In this document: one piece after another, positions 1 through 47,300 of the stretch
How positions within the stretch are numbered: position 1 is the first letter of the stretch
Layout: each line of letters starts with the position of its first letter
Notes under the pieces: model-generated
What the model was told of the DNA's origin: nothing
Database searches by the model: none
The model's input: only the letters and a program-made list of their open reading frames with translations
Made by a program: the position numbers and the translations under genes
Assembly (NCBI RefSeq): GCF_002113885.1
Contig: NW_018408656.1
Coordinates: 117,149 to 181,148 of the forward strand
Direction: 5' to 3'
Origin: Mizuhopecten yessoensis
Taxonomy: Eukaryota
Length of the DNA: 64,000 bases

Positions 1-107
1 CATACTGATGTAGTACAATTCATACTGATGTAGTACAATTCATACTGATGTAGTACATACTGATGTAGTACAATTCATACTGATGTAGTACAATTCATAC
101 TGATGTA
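1..107. repeat. 20-bp minisatellite
   Basis: catactgatgtagtacaatt, ~5 copies. Confidence 0.9.
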
Positions 108-273
108 GCTTGTTTAGGTTTGCTATTTAGAAGTATTTACTGTTTGAATTCAAATGTGTTTTGTTTTGGTTAATTTTAAAGGCCTATAAATCCCCCCTCC
201 CCCTCTTCATAGAACTAAAAATATAATGTGTAGATGAACATTTAGTCATTAGAAATGTTGTTTTTAACTTTAG

Positions 274-33353
<33,080 letters not shown>

Positions 33354-33481
33354 GTAAGTCAACAACACGCCACAATCAAATGTGTCTCTCGTTTAAAGAA
33401 TTTTTCAAAAAGTAAACCAACAGTACACAGCACACTACAATAAACTCTGTCTCTCCTTCAAGGGTTTTCTCAAAATGTAGN

Positions 33482-35365
33482 GAGTGCCTGTGACATACTA
33501 CGGGAGCCAGTATTACTAGATGCGTGTCTGTGTACAGAGTGCCTGTGACATACTACGGGAGCCAGTATTACTAGATGCGTGTCTGTGTACAGAGTGCCTG
33601 TGACATACTACGGGAGCCAGTATTACTAGATGCGTGTCTGTGTACAGAGTGCCTGTGACATACTACGGGAGCCAGTATTACTAGATGCGTGTCTGTGTAC
33701 AGAGTGCCTGTGACATACTACGGGAGCCAGTATTACTAGATGCGTGTCTGTGTACAGAGTGCCTGTGACATACTACGGGAGCCAGTATTACTAGATGCGT
33801 GTCTGTGTACAGAGTGCCTGTGACATACTACGGGAGCCAGTATTACTAGATGCGTGTCTGTGTACAGAGTGCCTGTGACATACTACGGGAGCCAGTATTA
33901 CTAGATGCGTGTCTGTGTACAGAGTGCCTGTGACATACTACGGGAGCCAGTATTACTAGATGCGTGTCTGTGTACAGAGTGCCTGTGACATACTACGGGA
34001 GCCAGTATTACTAGATGCGTGTCTGTGTACAGAGTGCCTGTGACATACTACGGGAGCCAGTATTACTAGATGCGTGTCTGTGTACAGAGTGCCTGTGACA
34101 TACTACGGGAGCCAGTATTACTAGATGCGTGTCTGTGTACAGAGTGCCTGTGACATACTACGGGAGCCAGTATTACTAGATGCGTGTCTGTGTACAGAGT
34201 GCCTGTGACATACTACGGGAGCCAGTATTACTAGATGCGTGTCTGTGTACAGAGTGCCTGTGACATACTACGGGAGCCAGTATTACTAGATGCGTGTCTG
34301 TGTACAGAGTGCCTGTGACATACTACGGGAGCCAGTATTACTAGATGCGTGTCTGTGTACAGAGTGCCTGTGACATACTACGGGAGCCAGTATTACTAGA
34401 TGCGTGTCTGTGTACAGAGTGCCTGTGACATACTACGGGAGCCAGTATTACTAGATGCGTGTCTGTGTACAGAGTGCCTGTGACATACTACGGGAGCCAG
34501 TATTACTAGATGCGTGTCTGTGTACAGAGTGCCTGTGACATACTACGGGAGCCAGTATTACTAGATGCGTGTCTGTGTACAGAGTGCCTGTGACATACTA
34601 CGGGAGCCAGTATTACTAGATGCGTGTCTGTGTACAGAGTGCCTGTGACATACTACGGGAGCCAGTATTACTAGATGCGTGTCTGTGTACAGAGTGCCTG
34701 TGACATACTACGGGAGCCAGTATTACTAGATGCGTGTCTGTGTACAGAGTGCCTGTGACATACTACGGGAGCCAGTATTACTAGATGCGTGTCTGTGTAC
34801 AGAGTGCCTGTGACATACTACGGGAGCCAGTATTACTAGATGCGTGTCTGTGTACAGAGTGCCTGTGACATACTACGGGAGCCAGTATTACTAGATGCGT
34901 GTCTGTGTACAGAGTGCCTGTGACATACTACGGGAGCCAGTATTACTAGATGCGTGTCTGTGTACAGAGTGCCTGTGACATACTACGGGAGCCAGTATTA
35001 CTAGATGCGTGTCTGTGTACAGAGTGCCTGTGACATACTACGGGAGCCAGTATTACTAGATGCGTGTCTGTGTACAGAGTGCCTGTGACATACTACGGGA
35101 GCCAGTATTACTAGATGCGTGTCTGTGTACAGAGTGCCTGTGACATACTACGGGAGCCAGTATTACTAGATGCGTGTCTGTGTACAGAGTGCCTGTGACA
35201 TACTACGGGAGCCAGTATTACTAGATGCGTGTCTGTGTACAGAGTGCCTGTGACATACTACGGGAGCCAGTATTACTAGATGCGTGTCTGTGTACAGAGT
35301 GCCTGTGACATACTACGGGAGCCAGTATTACTAGATGCGTGTCTGTGTACAGAGTGCCTGTGACA
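33482..35365. repeat. 55-bp minisatellite, ~34 identical copies
   Basis: agagtgcctgtgacatactacgggagccagtattactagatgcgtgtctgtgtac. Confidence 0.95.
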
Positions 35366-36239
35366 CCCTTACACCAAATACAAAAGACGATAACACTATT
35401 GACTGCTTCATTGGACATGTTACAGATCTGTGCATTTTAGACTCAAATCCAATTGGTGATTTTAACTGAAGTCTTCCTTACAAGGGAGGTTGATAGAAAT
35501 CTGTGATTTCCTGTTAGTTACAGTGAGGACAGTGCTATTTAATTCTCATTGCTCATATTTCTAGTATGGCAAGATGACAAGTTTATATAGCTTCCTTGGT
35601 TTAAAAAAGAAAGAAATATATTCTGAATTATAGCTTGACTGATTGCATGGCAAAAATACTGCTGTTTGTAGTGATGCATGCATGGACAAGCTCATGTTGA
35701 AGCTTCCTTGGAAAATAGGATCTGTTTGTTACTGAAACCGTCTATTTATTGATACCCAGTCCCTGTTATGTTAAACTTGTTGCTCTGAATATCATGTTAT
35801 CCACCACATATGAGCTGCATTTATTTAGAACCATTTTTATACTGTCTGCTGCTTTATGTTTGGTGTACGTGTTTTTGTCATTTACGGATTAATGACAAAT
35901 TATGTGTTCTTGTAGTCAATGTTGATGTGTATATATGTCAACACGTATTTTTAATGTTTTAGATGCTAGTCATACTCACAAAGTGCAATACTTTTTTTAC
36001 ATTTATTATAATAAAGACGGATGTGTAGTACAGCCTGCTAACAAAATATGCTAAATGTCAAGTCATTGTCTAACTAATTATCATGCTTCAGGCTTCATAT
36101 TGCCAGGATTCAATTGTTATTGCCCTATCAGGATCCAGTTCTTATCATTGTCAGGAAGATAAAGTTTGTTGTCTCCGAGAACCCCATCCTTATTGCCAGG
36201 AGGATTCAGTGTATCCATTTGACATTGAAAATAAAATTA

Positions 36240-36330
36240 TTAACTCATTCACCCCTGAAATTTCATAATGAACTATTCCAACCATTGATTTGGAAGAGTT
36301 CAAATGTGTCTTCAAGGGTTAATGAGTTAA
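36240..36330 (+). mobile_element. ~85-bp TTAA MITE, family A
   Basis: ttaa at both ends. Confidence 0.8.
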
Positions 36331-36959
36331 TGTTTTTGCTACTCCTAGACATTGATCCTGTCTATTCTGTCTGCCCCTCATGAGAGTGTAGACATTGTCT
36401 ATTTATCCAAGACTCTAACTGATTATGCAAGCTTGTGGCACCTTCAAGGAATTTTCATGTAAACATTAATCTCTGCTGTCAGTTTTGGCTTAAGTTAACT
36501 AATCTCTCATGTCCTCTGTGGTTCTATAATCAGGTACAGTGTAACTTGACTAAATTGCTTCAAAAACAGAACTAACAATGTTGTACACAAGAACTCGTAT
36601 TTCATAAAAACTAATTGGTGCTTTAGCTCTTTGCATCCAGAAAAAATTATGAATCATATAATTTTTTGATATTAAGTGAAATTATAAAAAAAAATAAGGA
36701 CTATAATTCTATTTTTTCATAGATAGCTCAGCGGATTTATACAAGTACACTCAGTTTTACTTGTATAAAGTATAAACCTGGTAAAGACTCTTAAATTAAA
36801 GCTTTTGTTTGCTTTTACTTCACAGCATGATGTTAAATACACTTCATCAATGGGTGTGTACAAGGTTCACTGTTCAGCTATTGTACAATGGACCATGTTG
36901 TGTTGTCCTGTTTTGGAGTTTTGCAAGACGACCAAATAAATAAGACCAACATATTTTTT

Positions 36960-37677
36960 CAAGCTTATGCCATGGTGTGGCGTCTGTCGTCCGGCGTCAA
37001 GATTTTACTTCAAGCTGGCATGAAGGGCTACCAAGTTTGTTCAAATGAATGAACTTTGTCGCTATTCAATGTCACAGGGGTCAATTGTCTTAAAACACCT
37101 TAAATGACTTCTTCTGAATAACAAAAATGTCCAGAGGGATGATATTTGGCCAGTAGCATGCTAAAACGAAAGGCTACCAAGTTTGTTCAAAGGTATGACC
37201 ATCACCAATATTCAAGGTCACAGGGGTCATATATTTTGAAATCTTGAACGACTTCTGAATAACTAAAAATGTCCAGGGTGAAGATATTTGGTCAGTAGCA
37301 TGCTCAGATGATCATGAAGGGCTATCAAGTTTCCATGTGAATGATCTGGACACACTTTCAAGGTCACATTTCGTCATTTGTGTTTAAATCTTTAATAGTC
37401 ATCTTCTCAATTAAGAAAAGGTATAGGGTGGCTGTATTTGGCAAGTTGTATTCTGGGATGAAGGGCTATAAAAAGTATTCAACTTATAATCAATGTCCTT
37501 GTTTAACTTTCAAAGTCACATGGGTCAAATGTGTATACTTTTTTAACAGTTTCTTTTGAATGACTGAGTCAAGACACTGATATTTTGCCTTTAGCTTTAT
37601 TTTTATTCACTTTTAAGGTCACAATTGTGAGCTCAATAAATACCAGGTGAGCAATGCAGGCCCATTGGGCCTCTTAT
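36960..37677 (+). mobile_element. HINE-type element, same family
   Basis: same internal repeats and 3' caggtgag...aggcccattgggcct end. Confidence 0.75.
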
Positions 37678-38253
37678 TTAGGTATTCATATTACAACTAC
37701 ATGCGTGTATAATGAAAACCCGGATTTTCTTTACTGTTAATAATGCGACACATTTACCATAGTTAAAAGCTGTGTTGAAGAAAAATTACAATAAAATTGT
37801 AATACTGCTTCATAGATAATAAAAATCTTATGTTTTTACTGATAACGGTCTTGTTTTTGTGATGTCAAAGTGATGCTCTGCAGTAGTATATATCTCGGTG
37901 ATGTAGCGATTCAGCAACATATGGTATACATGTACTCATATATGGATTTCAGGAACCAAGAAACATTTCACCTGTAGTTTGCTACAACTTTATATGGAGC
38001 CAGGAGTTTTAATGACTTATTATCAAGCCTCCAGTTTGCTGGAGTAGAGAGTTGGCTCAAACAAATGACCATGGCCTATTTTCGGCATTTCAAGGATCTA
38101 AATATTCTCAAGTTACAGAAACACAATCACAATACATTGAATTGCTTTCAATGTCACCATGTCATATATCGTTTTAAAAATGTCCTGGTACGACATCTGT
38201 CAAGAAGGTCACATATTTTCATTAAGACTCCCTAGCCATCTGCACTATGGTTT

Positions 38254-39120
38254 TCAGCTCACCTGCCACGTGTTCGTTGACCGTCATCCATCATTCGTCC
38301 TTCAACTTTTTCTTTGAATAACTAATTAAGAACTGGAAGGCCTAGGGTCATGATATTTGACTAGTAGGCACCTGGGATGGAGTGCTATAAATTTTCCTTA
38401 AATGAATGACATTGACCTACTTTCAAGGTCACAGGGGTCAAATAAGTAAAAACCTTTAAAGAACTTAAACTGAATAACCAGGAGGCCTGGAGTGATGATA
38501 CTTGACCAGTAGGTACCTTGCATGGAGTGCTATAAAGTTTCCTCAAATGAATGACCTTGACCGACTTTCAAGGTCAATGGCATCAAATATAAAAAGCTTT
38601 AAACAACTCCTGCATAACCAGGAGGCCCTTTGTGATGATATTCTGACTAGTAGCATACTCATGATCAGTGACTGGGATAGAGTAGTATAACTTTTCCTCC
38701 AATAAATGACCTTGACCCCTACTTTTAAGGTCACAGGGTCAAATGTGTAAAAATGTTTAAATAACTTCTTCTGATTAACAAAGAGTACCAGAGTGATAAT
38801 AGTTGGCCAATAGCATGCTGGGAAAAAGTAGTACAAAGTTTCATCAAAGAGATGACCTTGACCTACTTGACCAAATTTAATATGAAATATCCTTTGACAA
38901 AGGCTCCTCAAAGTGCAGCAGCTCAATAGAGCTAACGAGAGAAAATTCTTTAAATTTCTTTAAATTCCTCCTCCTTCAGTATGGACTGAGTGATCTCAAT
39001 CATTTAGTCTGGAACATTCTTAAGCCAAGGAAACTCAATGAGTGAAAATATTTGCAAAATTACTTCGAGAACATTTTCCCATGACTCCTTGAGCGATACA
39101 GGCCCTCTGGGCCTCTTGTT
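38254..39120 (+). mobile_element. HINE-type element, related family
   Basis: gctcacctg start, aaggtcacagggtcaaa repeats, aggccctctgggcctcttgtt end. Confidence 0.7.
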
Positions 39121-39862
39121 AGACCACCATCATTAGATGGTGGGCTAGTTAAATCACCCTTCACCCACCATCTAGATCTGTCTGTCCATCCTTAAACAAT
39201 TCTTCCAAAGTATTAGAGGTATTTTTCTCAAATCCACATGAAGGTTCCCTCTTTTTGGACTGATCAGAAAACAAAGGTGACAGGTGGCCATCTTGAATTC
39301 TGAGTTTGTTACAAAATAGTACAGGGCATGTACATGGGAACCGTAGTGAACTCTACAGATTATTGACATAAATACAAAACAAAAGCAGAAACCACAACAA
39401 TTTCTGAGATATTTAATGATGTCGGGGCACAATAATCTAATACACTGAATGTACAAATTTACACAATCATTAAGATCAGAATCTGATCACAACCAGATAC
39501 ACATGTATACTCTTACCTCGATCACTCCGATAACTTAAATAAATACACCAAATGATCAGCATTCAGTTGTAGAAAGGTATCGTAAAATGATTCAAGACAA
39601 TGTGACATCAATCCACCAGTTTACATTAGTTATATACAGAAATTATCATGTTGATTCATACTCATCCGGTGACAACTTTACCTCGGTCATTCCTATATAT
39701 AATAACAACATTAGTTTTTAATTGATCTACAATTATCACATATTTTACTTAAAATCAACATCATAAACATGTATAGCAGTAAGGATCACAGCACATTACC
39801 ATGTATAATATCAGAACTGAGACTTCAGTGTTTACTCTTTAATATCGGATCACAAAACTGGT

Positions 39863-39952
39863 TTAACTCATTCACCCCTGAAGACTCATTTGAACTCCTC
39901 CAATTCAAAGGTTGGAATAGTTCATTATGAAATTTCAAGGGTGAACAAGTTA
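39863..39952 (-). mobile_element. ~85-bp TTAA MITE, family A
   Basis: inverted copy. Confidence 0.75.
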
Positions 39953-40959
39953 CAGGCCTCTGTTATTACAATGATCCCAATGAAGTGTACAGAAATCGTA
40001 ACAAGCTGTGGAACAAGTCTAATAAAATTAAATCTGTTTTCATAACTCAAACTTAGTCACATATCTCCATAAAATAATGCCCATATTTAAATTATGATGC
40101 ATATTACATTAGATCACACTGATTCTGTCACAAAAGTTTGTTGTTCAATTTTTCTACCACAGATACTTATAACAAGTAACGTACTCATGTTGTACAGCGA
40201 TAAGCATATCACTTCACATTCTTTGTAACTAAACCTAGTTTAAAATTTCAGGAATCTGTCCTATATTCCTGGACTTAACCAGTGTCACTGTTGATATGGT
40301 GTCATTGTTACTATGGTGTCGCTGTTACTATGGTGTCATTGTTACTATGGTGTCGCTGTTACTATGGTGTCACTGTTACTATGGTGTCACTGTTGTTATT
40401 GTGTTACCTATAAGTTTCTCAGGGTGACAAATAAAACACTGATAATTACTACATAGTGTGCATATCTCCTATTTTTGAAAACTGGTCAATAAATTAATCC
40501 ATACATGTTTTATCTTCCACAAACTGTATTTAGATTCACAGGTAACAATAATTAGCATTTCAAAACACTGTAAGCATTTCTGACCAGCTGATCCTATGAA
40601 GTTGTGGATGANTACTATGGTGTCACTGTTACTATGTGGTCACTGTTACTATGGTGTCGCTGTTACTATGGTGTCACTGTTACTATTTGGTCACTGTTAC
40701 TATGGTGTCACTGTTACTATGTGGTCACTGTTACTATGGTGTCACTGTTACTATGTGGTCACTGTTACTATGGTGTCACTGCTGTTATTGTGTTACCTGT
40801 AAGTCTCTCAGGGTGACAAATAAAACACTGATAATAACTACATAGTGTGCATATCTCCTATTTTTGAAAATTGGTCAATAAATTAATCCATACATGTTTT
40901 ATCTTCCACAAACTGTATTTAGATTCACAGGTAACAATAATTAGCATTTCAAAACACTG

Positions 40960-41322
40960 TAAGCATTTCTGACCAGCTGGTCATTAGAAGTTGTGGATTT
41001 TCTGACCAGCTGATCCTTAGAAGTTGAGGAGGGTGCACCAGGCATTTCTGACCAGCTGATCCTTAGAATTCGAAGTTGTGGATGGTGCACCAAGCATATC
41101 TGACCAGTTGATCATATGATGTTGTGGATGGTGCACCAAGCATTTCTGACCAGCTGATCCTTAGAAGTTGTGGATGGTGCACCAGGCATTTCTGACCAGC
41201 TGATCATTTGAAGTTGTAGATGAAGTACCAGGTATTTCTGACCAGCTGATCCTTAGAAGTTGTAGATGAAGTACCAGGTATTTCTGACCAGCTGATCATT
41301 TGAAGTTGTAGATGTTGCACCA
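40960..41322. repeat. ~45-bp repeat downstream of the CC2D1 stop codon (probable 3' UTR)
   Basis: gcatttctgaccagctgatccttagaagttgtggatggtgcacca units. Confidence 0.85.
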
Positions 41323-41357
41323 TGAATAATGACAAGTAAGCACTTCAACAGATCATA

Positions 41358-41393
41358 CTATAAGTCTGGGATTTTATCTTTTATAGCTTTAAG
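41358..41393 (-). CDS. CC2D1: CC2D1 last coding exon (LKAIKDKIPDL*)
   Basis: polypyrimidine + cag acceptor, phase 0, TAG stop. Confidence 0.8.
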   Translation of the reverse strand, partial: LKAIKDKIPDL

Positions 41394-44300
41394 CTGCAAA
41401 CAAAAAAGAAAAACATTTAAATATGATTACCCCCGGTATTAAAATAGAAAAAAAACAGAAGGAATAAGTGTTTATGTTATGCTTAGAAACGAGTTTGGTC
41501 CATCAGGGTTTCAGTAAAGTTTATCACAATAATTAGAGACTGTACAATTTCATGTATTTATGGACTAAATATTGGAAAATATTATTATTTTTACCTCTTT
41601 TTCAGCATGTTTGATTTTATTGAGCATCATCTGAGCCTTGTGCATGTCTCCTCCTTTGGTGTAATGACGAGCTTCTTCCTCGTAGGCCGGTATCTCCTGT
41701 TCTACCTGCTGGACATATGCTGAAACACACAGGGCAGATAGGGCCTAGTTATAACCTGTAGACAGTTCTAAATGGGGACTAGTTATAACCTGTAAACAGT
41801 TCTAAATGGGGACTAGCTATAACCTGTAAACAGTTCTAAATGGGGCCTAGTTACAACCTGTAAACAGTTCTAAATGGGGCCTAGTTACAACCTGTAAACA
41901 GTTCTAAATGGGGCCTAGTTATAACCTGTAGACAGTTCTAAATGGGAATTAGTTATAACCTGTAGACAGTTCTAAATTGGGACTAGTTATAACCTGTAAA
42001 CAGTTCTAAATGGGGCCTAGTTACAACCTGTAAACAGTTCTAAATGGGGACTAGTTATAACCTGTAGACAGTTTTAAATGGGGACTAGGTATAACCTGTA
42101 AACAGTTCTAAATGGGGACTAGCTATAACCTGTAAACAGTTCTAAATGGGGCCTAGTTACAATCTGTAAACAGTTCTAAATGGGGACTAGTTATAACTTG
42201 TAAACAGTTCTAAATGGGGACTAGTTATAACCTGTAGACAGTTCTAAATGGGAACTAGTTATAACCTGTAGACAGTTCTAAATGGGGACTAGTTAACCTG
42301 TAGACAGTTCTAAATGGGGACTAGTTATAACCTGTAGACAGTTCTAAATGGGGCCTAGTTATAACCTGTAAACAGTTCTAAATGGGGACTAGTTATAACC
42401 TGTGGACAGTTCTAAATGGGGACTAGTTATAACCTGTAGACAGTTTTAAATGGGGACTAGTTATAACCTGTAAACAGTTCTAAATGGGGCCTAGTTATAA
42501 CCTGTAAACAGTTCTAAATGGGGACTAGTTATAACTTGTAAACAGTTCTAAATGGGGACTAGTTATAACTGTTCAACAATTAACTGGGGCCTAGTTATAA
42601 CTGGTCAACAATTAACTGGGGCNCCTGTAAACAGTTCTAAATGGGGACTAGTTATAACCTGTAAACAGTTCTAAATGGGGACTAGTTATAACTGGTCAAC
42701 AATTAACTAGGGCCTAGTTATAACTTATCATAGGACAAAGACCAGCAATACTTAATTAAATAAACAGCATAGGCCATTGGTCATTTAAAACAAAAGAGAA
42801 TATGCACTATAATCTTACTCTTATAATCTGGAGGTGTAGATTCAAGAACGAAAACATTTGAATCAAGAGAGGTTTACAGTTCCTGTGGCGAAAGTTAAAC
42901 GGAACACATGATGATGGGTTGATCTTTATAATCTTCCAACAGCATTGTAAGCTGAAGTTGTCCGATAGGATTTATTTGATGAACGTGGTTAAATGACCAA
43001 ACATTTCCAAAAACGAAGCATCATGATCACATAACAGCTGACTTACACCAGATTGGACAAAATGCAATGAATATACAGGGGCGGGTCCAGGTGAGGGCGT
43101 AATGGGCGTACGCCCTCCCCCCCCCCTTTTAAAAAAAAACAACAACAAAAAAACTCTTTTCAAAAAAAAAAAAAAAATATATACATGCTACAAGCCAGGA
43201 ACCGTTACATTAGTGCATTTCGCAATTATTTTATGTTTTTTAGCAAAAAAAAGGTCCATTTTTTTTCTTTCTACACCCCCTCTTTCAAATATCCTAGAAA
43301 CGCCCCTGATATAGATCCATATAACAGAAAGTGTCAAACAAATTAATCTACAGGAAAGTAATGGTGAAAATGATTAAATTTCAGAGAATTAGAAAAGCTG
43401 AAGGAACCTAGAATTTATTATTACCAAATTTAAAATAAATTTGATCAAATTGTACAAATGAAAACGTTGATACGAAAAGGCTTTTCAAGCACCGTCTAAT
43501 TGCAGACCTGACATTACATCACCATCAGATACATGTAGCCTTAGTCCTGACATTGTAAATACTTAAATGTACCAGAGAGTACAATTTTAATTGATTGGGA
43601 CCTACATCCATCTGAGCCAAAATATTATATTTTATGTGTTTTCGTTGACGACGTACACACTGGTGTCAGGTGTGTTCATGTTTGAAATAATTAATGTTTA
43701 CACATGATCTGCAACATCTCTGGTTATCTGCCCCCTCTTTTATGCAAAATCGACCAAAATCACACCTTTAAAAGTATTTCAGTTTCAACAGCTCTGACAG
43801 GTACTTATGTGTATACATTTTATCTATAGAACGTTAAATTGTATACTTCACACAGCTTGTTCATGCTTAACCCTTTCACCACTGTAAACCATGATGAATT
43901 CATCTATATCGATGCATGGTAGAGTCTACTTAAGTTACATAGGGGTGAACAGGTTACTAATGTTTATTGTTGTGCTACCTCTGAGGGCTGCCTTTCCTCC
44001 TTTTTTCAGTTCTGCCTGCTTCTGGTCCATCTTTTGAGTCAACAGTTGACTTTTATTTTGCAGGGATTTAAGCTGGTCTGTGCTAAGACGATCTCGTAGA
44101 CTATTAATCTGCAAAGTTAAAATATGTTCATTATTTTCCCCAGGAATACAGGTTGATGTTTTTGCGTCTCATTTTTTGCAATTTCACAGAACAAAATGCC
44201 TTTATTTGGTTAAAAATGATGTAAATTAATAAATAAAAAAAAAAATATGATAATAAAAAAATCTTATCTCATGAATTTGACAAAACACTGTCCCTAAACC

Positions 44301-47300
44301 ACAGCTTCCACTTTTATTTATGGTTTCTCCACTGGTTGGACTTGTCGAAAAAGATTTATTCTTCTATGAAATAAGACTTCTTAATTTGTGAAATAATGAC
44401 CGACCTAACAAATGAGATCAGCTGATACAGCTTTATGTACCTGCCTATATTAAATCACACTGCCACTTCACCTATTGTGTAAGAAGGTTTGATCAGATCG
44501 TGTAGAACAGCAATGTTACATGCGTCCAAACACATAGAGGTAATTATACTGCGTACCTGAAGATCCAGCTGTTGTTTCTCGAACCTCAGCACCTCAATAC
44601 ACGTAGAACCACTGTAACAGGAAACATGCTCATAGTAAGTAGGGGTGTCACAATATGCAAAGAGTGTATCACGATATATTGCAATACAGAATGAATATAT
44701 TGCGATATGTATCCCGATATGTTGTCTTTAAGGAAGGATGTGCTCAATTTTATAATAAGTTGTTATCAGAATGTTATCAAACTTAATCATATATAATAAT
44801 ATGGAATACATAGATTTAAGATTTTTTTGTCAAAACAATCATCGATTTCAAAGATCGAACTATTAAAAGCCTGCTTTATGCTTATTGGTATATGTCTGTG
44901 AGAATTTGTAGTAATTTGCAAAAGTTAAAACAACAAGCAGATACATAAAAATATGCTTTTAAAAAATATTGAGAACAGCAATATTTTATATCTGTATTGT
45001 GGTACGATACAATATGCCCGTGTATTGTGATATACCTGGTTTTTTTTATATATTGTGACAGCCTTAATAAAAAGGACTTCTGTGATCACCATAATAGAGG
45101 CTTAACAGAGACAGGTATGAATTATGCAAAGTTATAGAGGTTTAATTGATATAGAATGGGCACTGATCAAAATTTCTTTGTGGGCAATGTATAATATACT
45201 ATGGAGAATTCCTGTGATTGTATGGAAGCATGCTATAAACAGCCCGAGTCCGTATTCATAAAACCATTCTCATGCTCAAGCATGGATTTTGTGCTCAAGT
45301 CTATTATTTTTTGTTTTACAGGAATTATTTTTTTAAATTTATAACAAAATGTTATTTTGTCAAAGAGACTTAAAGCCAAATACTGTTTTTAATGTTTAGA
45401 TTTGACTTTTTGATTGTTTGACATGATTTAAGCAAGTTACAAGAAAGTTGGATTGAGCACAAAATCCATGCTTGATCATGAGAATGAATTCATTAATACT
45501 GCACCATGATGTTCATGTCTGTGATGTGACCCTAACCATCAGAGAAAGGGTTTCTAAAGCCAATATGTGTGTAAACATGAAAAGTTTGTGGATATTTTCC
45601 TTTCTAATTTGACACTTTTTAGATTGTTTCATGGTATAAACTTTGATGGATCTACCACATATCAAACAATGTCTGGAACTAGTTTTTACCAGGACAACCA
45701 ATGTCTGGGACTAGTTGTTACCAGGACAACCAATGTCTGGAACTAGTTGTTACCAGGACAACCAATGTCAGGGACTGTAACCAGGACAACCAGTGTTAGG
45801 GACTAGTTGTTACCAAGTCAACCCATGTCTGGGACTAGTTGTTACCAAGTCAACCCATGTCTGGGACTAGTTGTTACCAAGTCAACCAATGTCTGGGACT
45901 AGTTGTTACCAAGTCAACCAATGTCTGGGACTAGTTGTTACCAAGTCAACCAATGTCTGGGACTAGTTGTTACCAAGTCAACCAATGTCTGGGACTAGTT
46001 GTTACCAAGTCAACCAATGTCTGGGACTAGTTGTTACCAAGTCAACCAATGTCTGGGACTAGTTGTTACCAAGTCAACCAATGTCTGGGACTAGTTGTTA
46101 CCAAGTCAACCAATGTCTGGGACTAGTTGTTACCAAGTCAACCAATGTCTGGGACTAGTTGTTACCAAGACAACCAATGTCTGGGACTAGTTGTTACCAG
46201 GTCAACCAATGTCTGGGACTAGTTGTTACCAGGACAACCAATGTCTGGGACTAGTTGTTACCAGGACAACCAATGTCTGGGACTAGTTGTTACCAGGACA
46301 ACCAATGTCAGGGACTGTTACCAGGACAACCCATGTCTGGGACTAGTTGTTACCAAGTCAACCAATGTCTGGGACTAGTTGTTACTAAGTCAACCAATGT
46401 CTGGGACTGTAACCAGGACAACCCATGTCTGGGACTAGTTGTTACCAAGTCAACCAATGTCTGGGACTAGTTGTTACCAAGTCAACCAATGTCTGGGACT
46501 AGTTGTTACCAAGTCAACCAATGTCTGGGACTAGTTGTTACCAGGACAACCAATGTCTGAGACTAGTTGTTACCAAGTCAACAAATGTCTGGAACTAGTT
46601 GTTACCAGGACAACCAATGTCTGAGACTAATTGTTACCAGGACAACCAATGTTAGGGACTAAATGTTACCTGGACAACCAATGTCTGGGACTAGTTGTTA
46701 CCAGGACAACCAATGTCTGCCAATGTAGCTGTAACCAGGACAACCAATTTCTAGGACTGTAACCAGGACAACAAATGTCTGAGATGTAACCAGGATAACC
46801 AATTTCTAGGACTGTAACCAGGACAACCAATGTCTGTGACTGTAACCAGGATAACCAATTTCTAGGACTTTAACCAGGACAACCAATGTCTGTGACTGTA
46901 ACCAGGATAACCAATGTCTGGCACTTGCTTTTACATTATTTTGATTAAACATGCATTTATTTCTATAAAATGGAAACAAATAAACACTTTTAAATTTAAT
47001 ATTTTAATTCATGCATTTAAAATACACAAAACATAAATGATGATTGATTATCATCAATTGCAAGGTAATTGAGCAAAAGACTGAAACACTGGTAGACTTT
47101 TGTTTACGATTTCATACACACATCAGCAGTGTTATATTGCAACTTCAAGTTACGCTGCATAATACGTACATCACTAGTTTGCAAAAATAGAAGGTAATCA
47201 ATTAAATCCATAATAAATTATCAATGCAGGACGGTAGATGGCATTGATATGCAGTGGAAATGTATGCCAAAACTCCAGTCAAATTTTTTGTAATAAAATA

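Noticed and set aside
33482-35365. CRISPR-like regular array
   Set aside because: No unique spacers and no cas genes, in a eukaryotic context; it is a plain tandem repeat.
40290-41000. ~350-bp duplication around the N at 40612
   Set aside because: Same gap-flanking haplotype overlap pattern.
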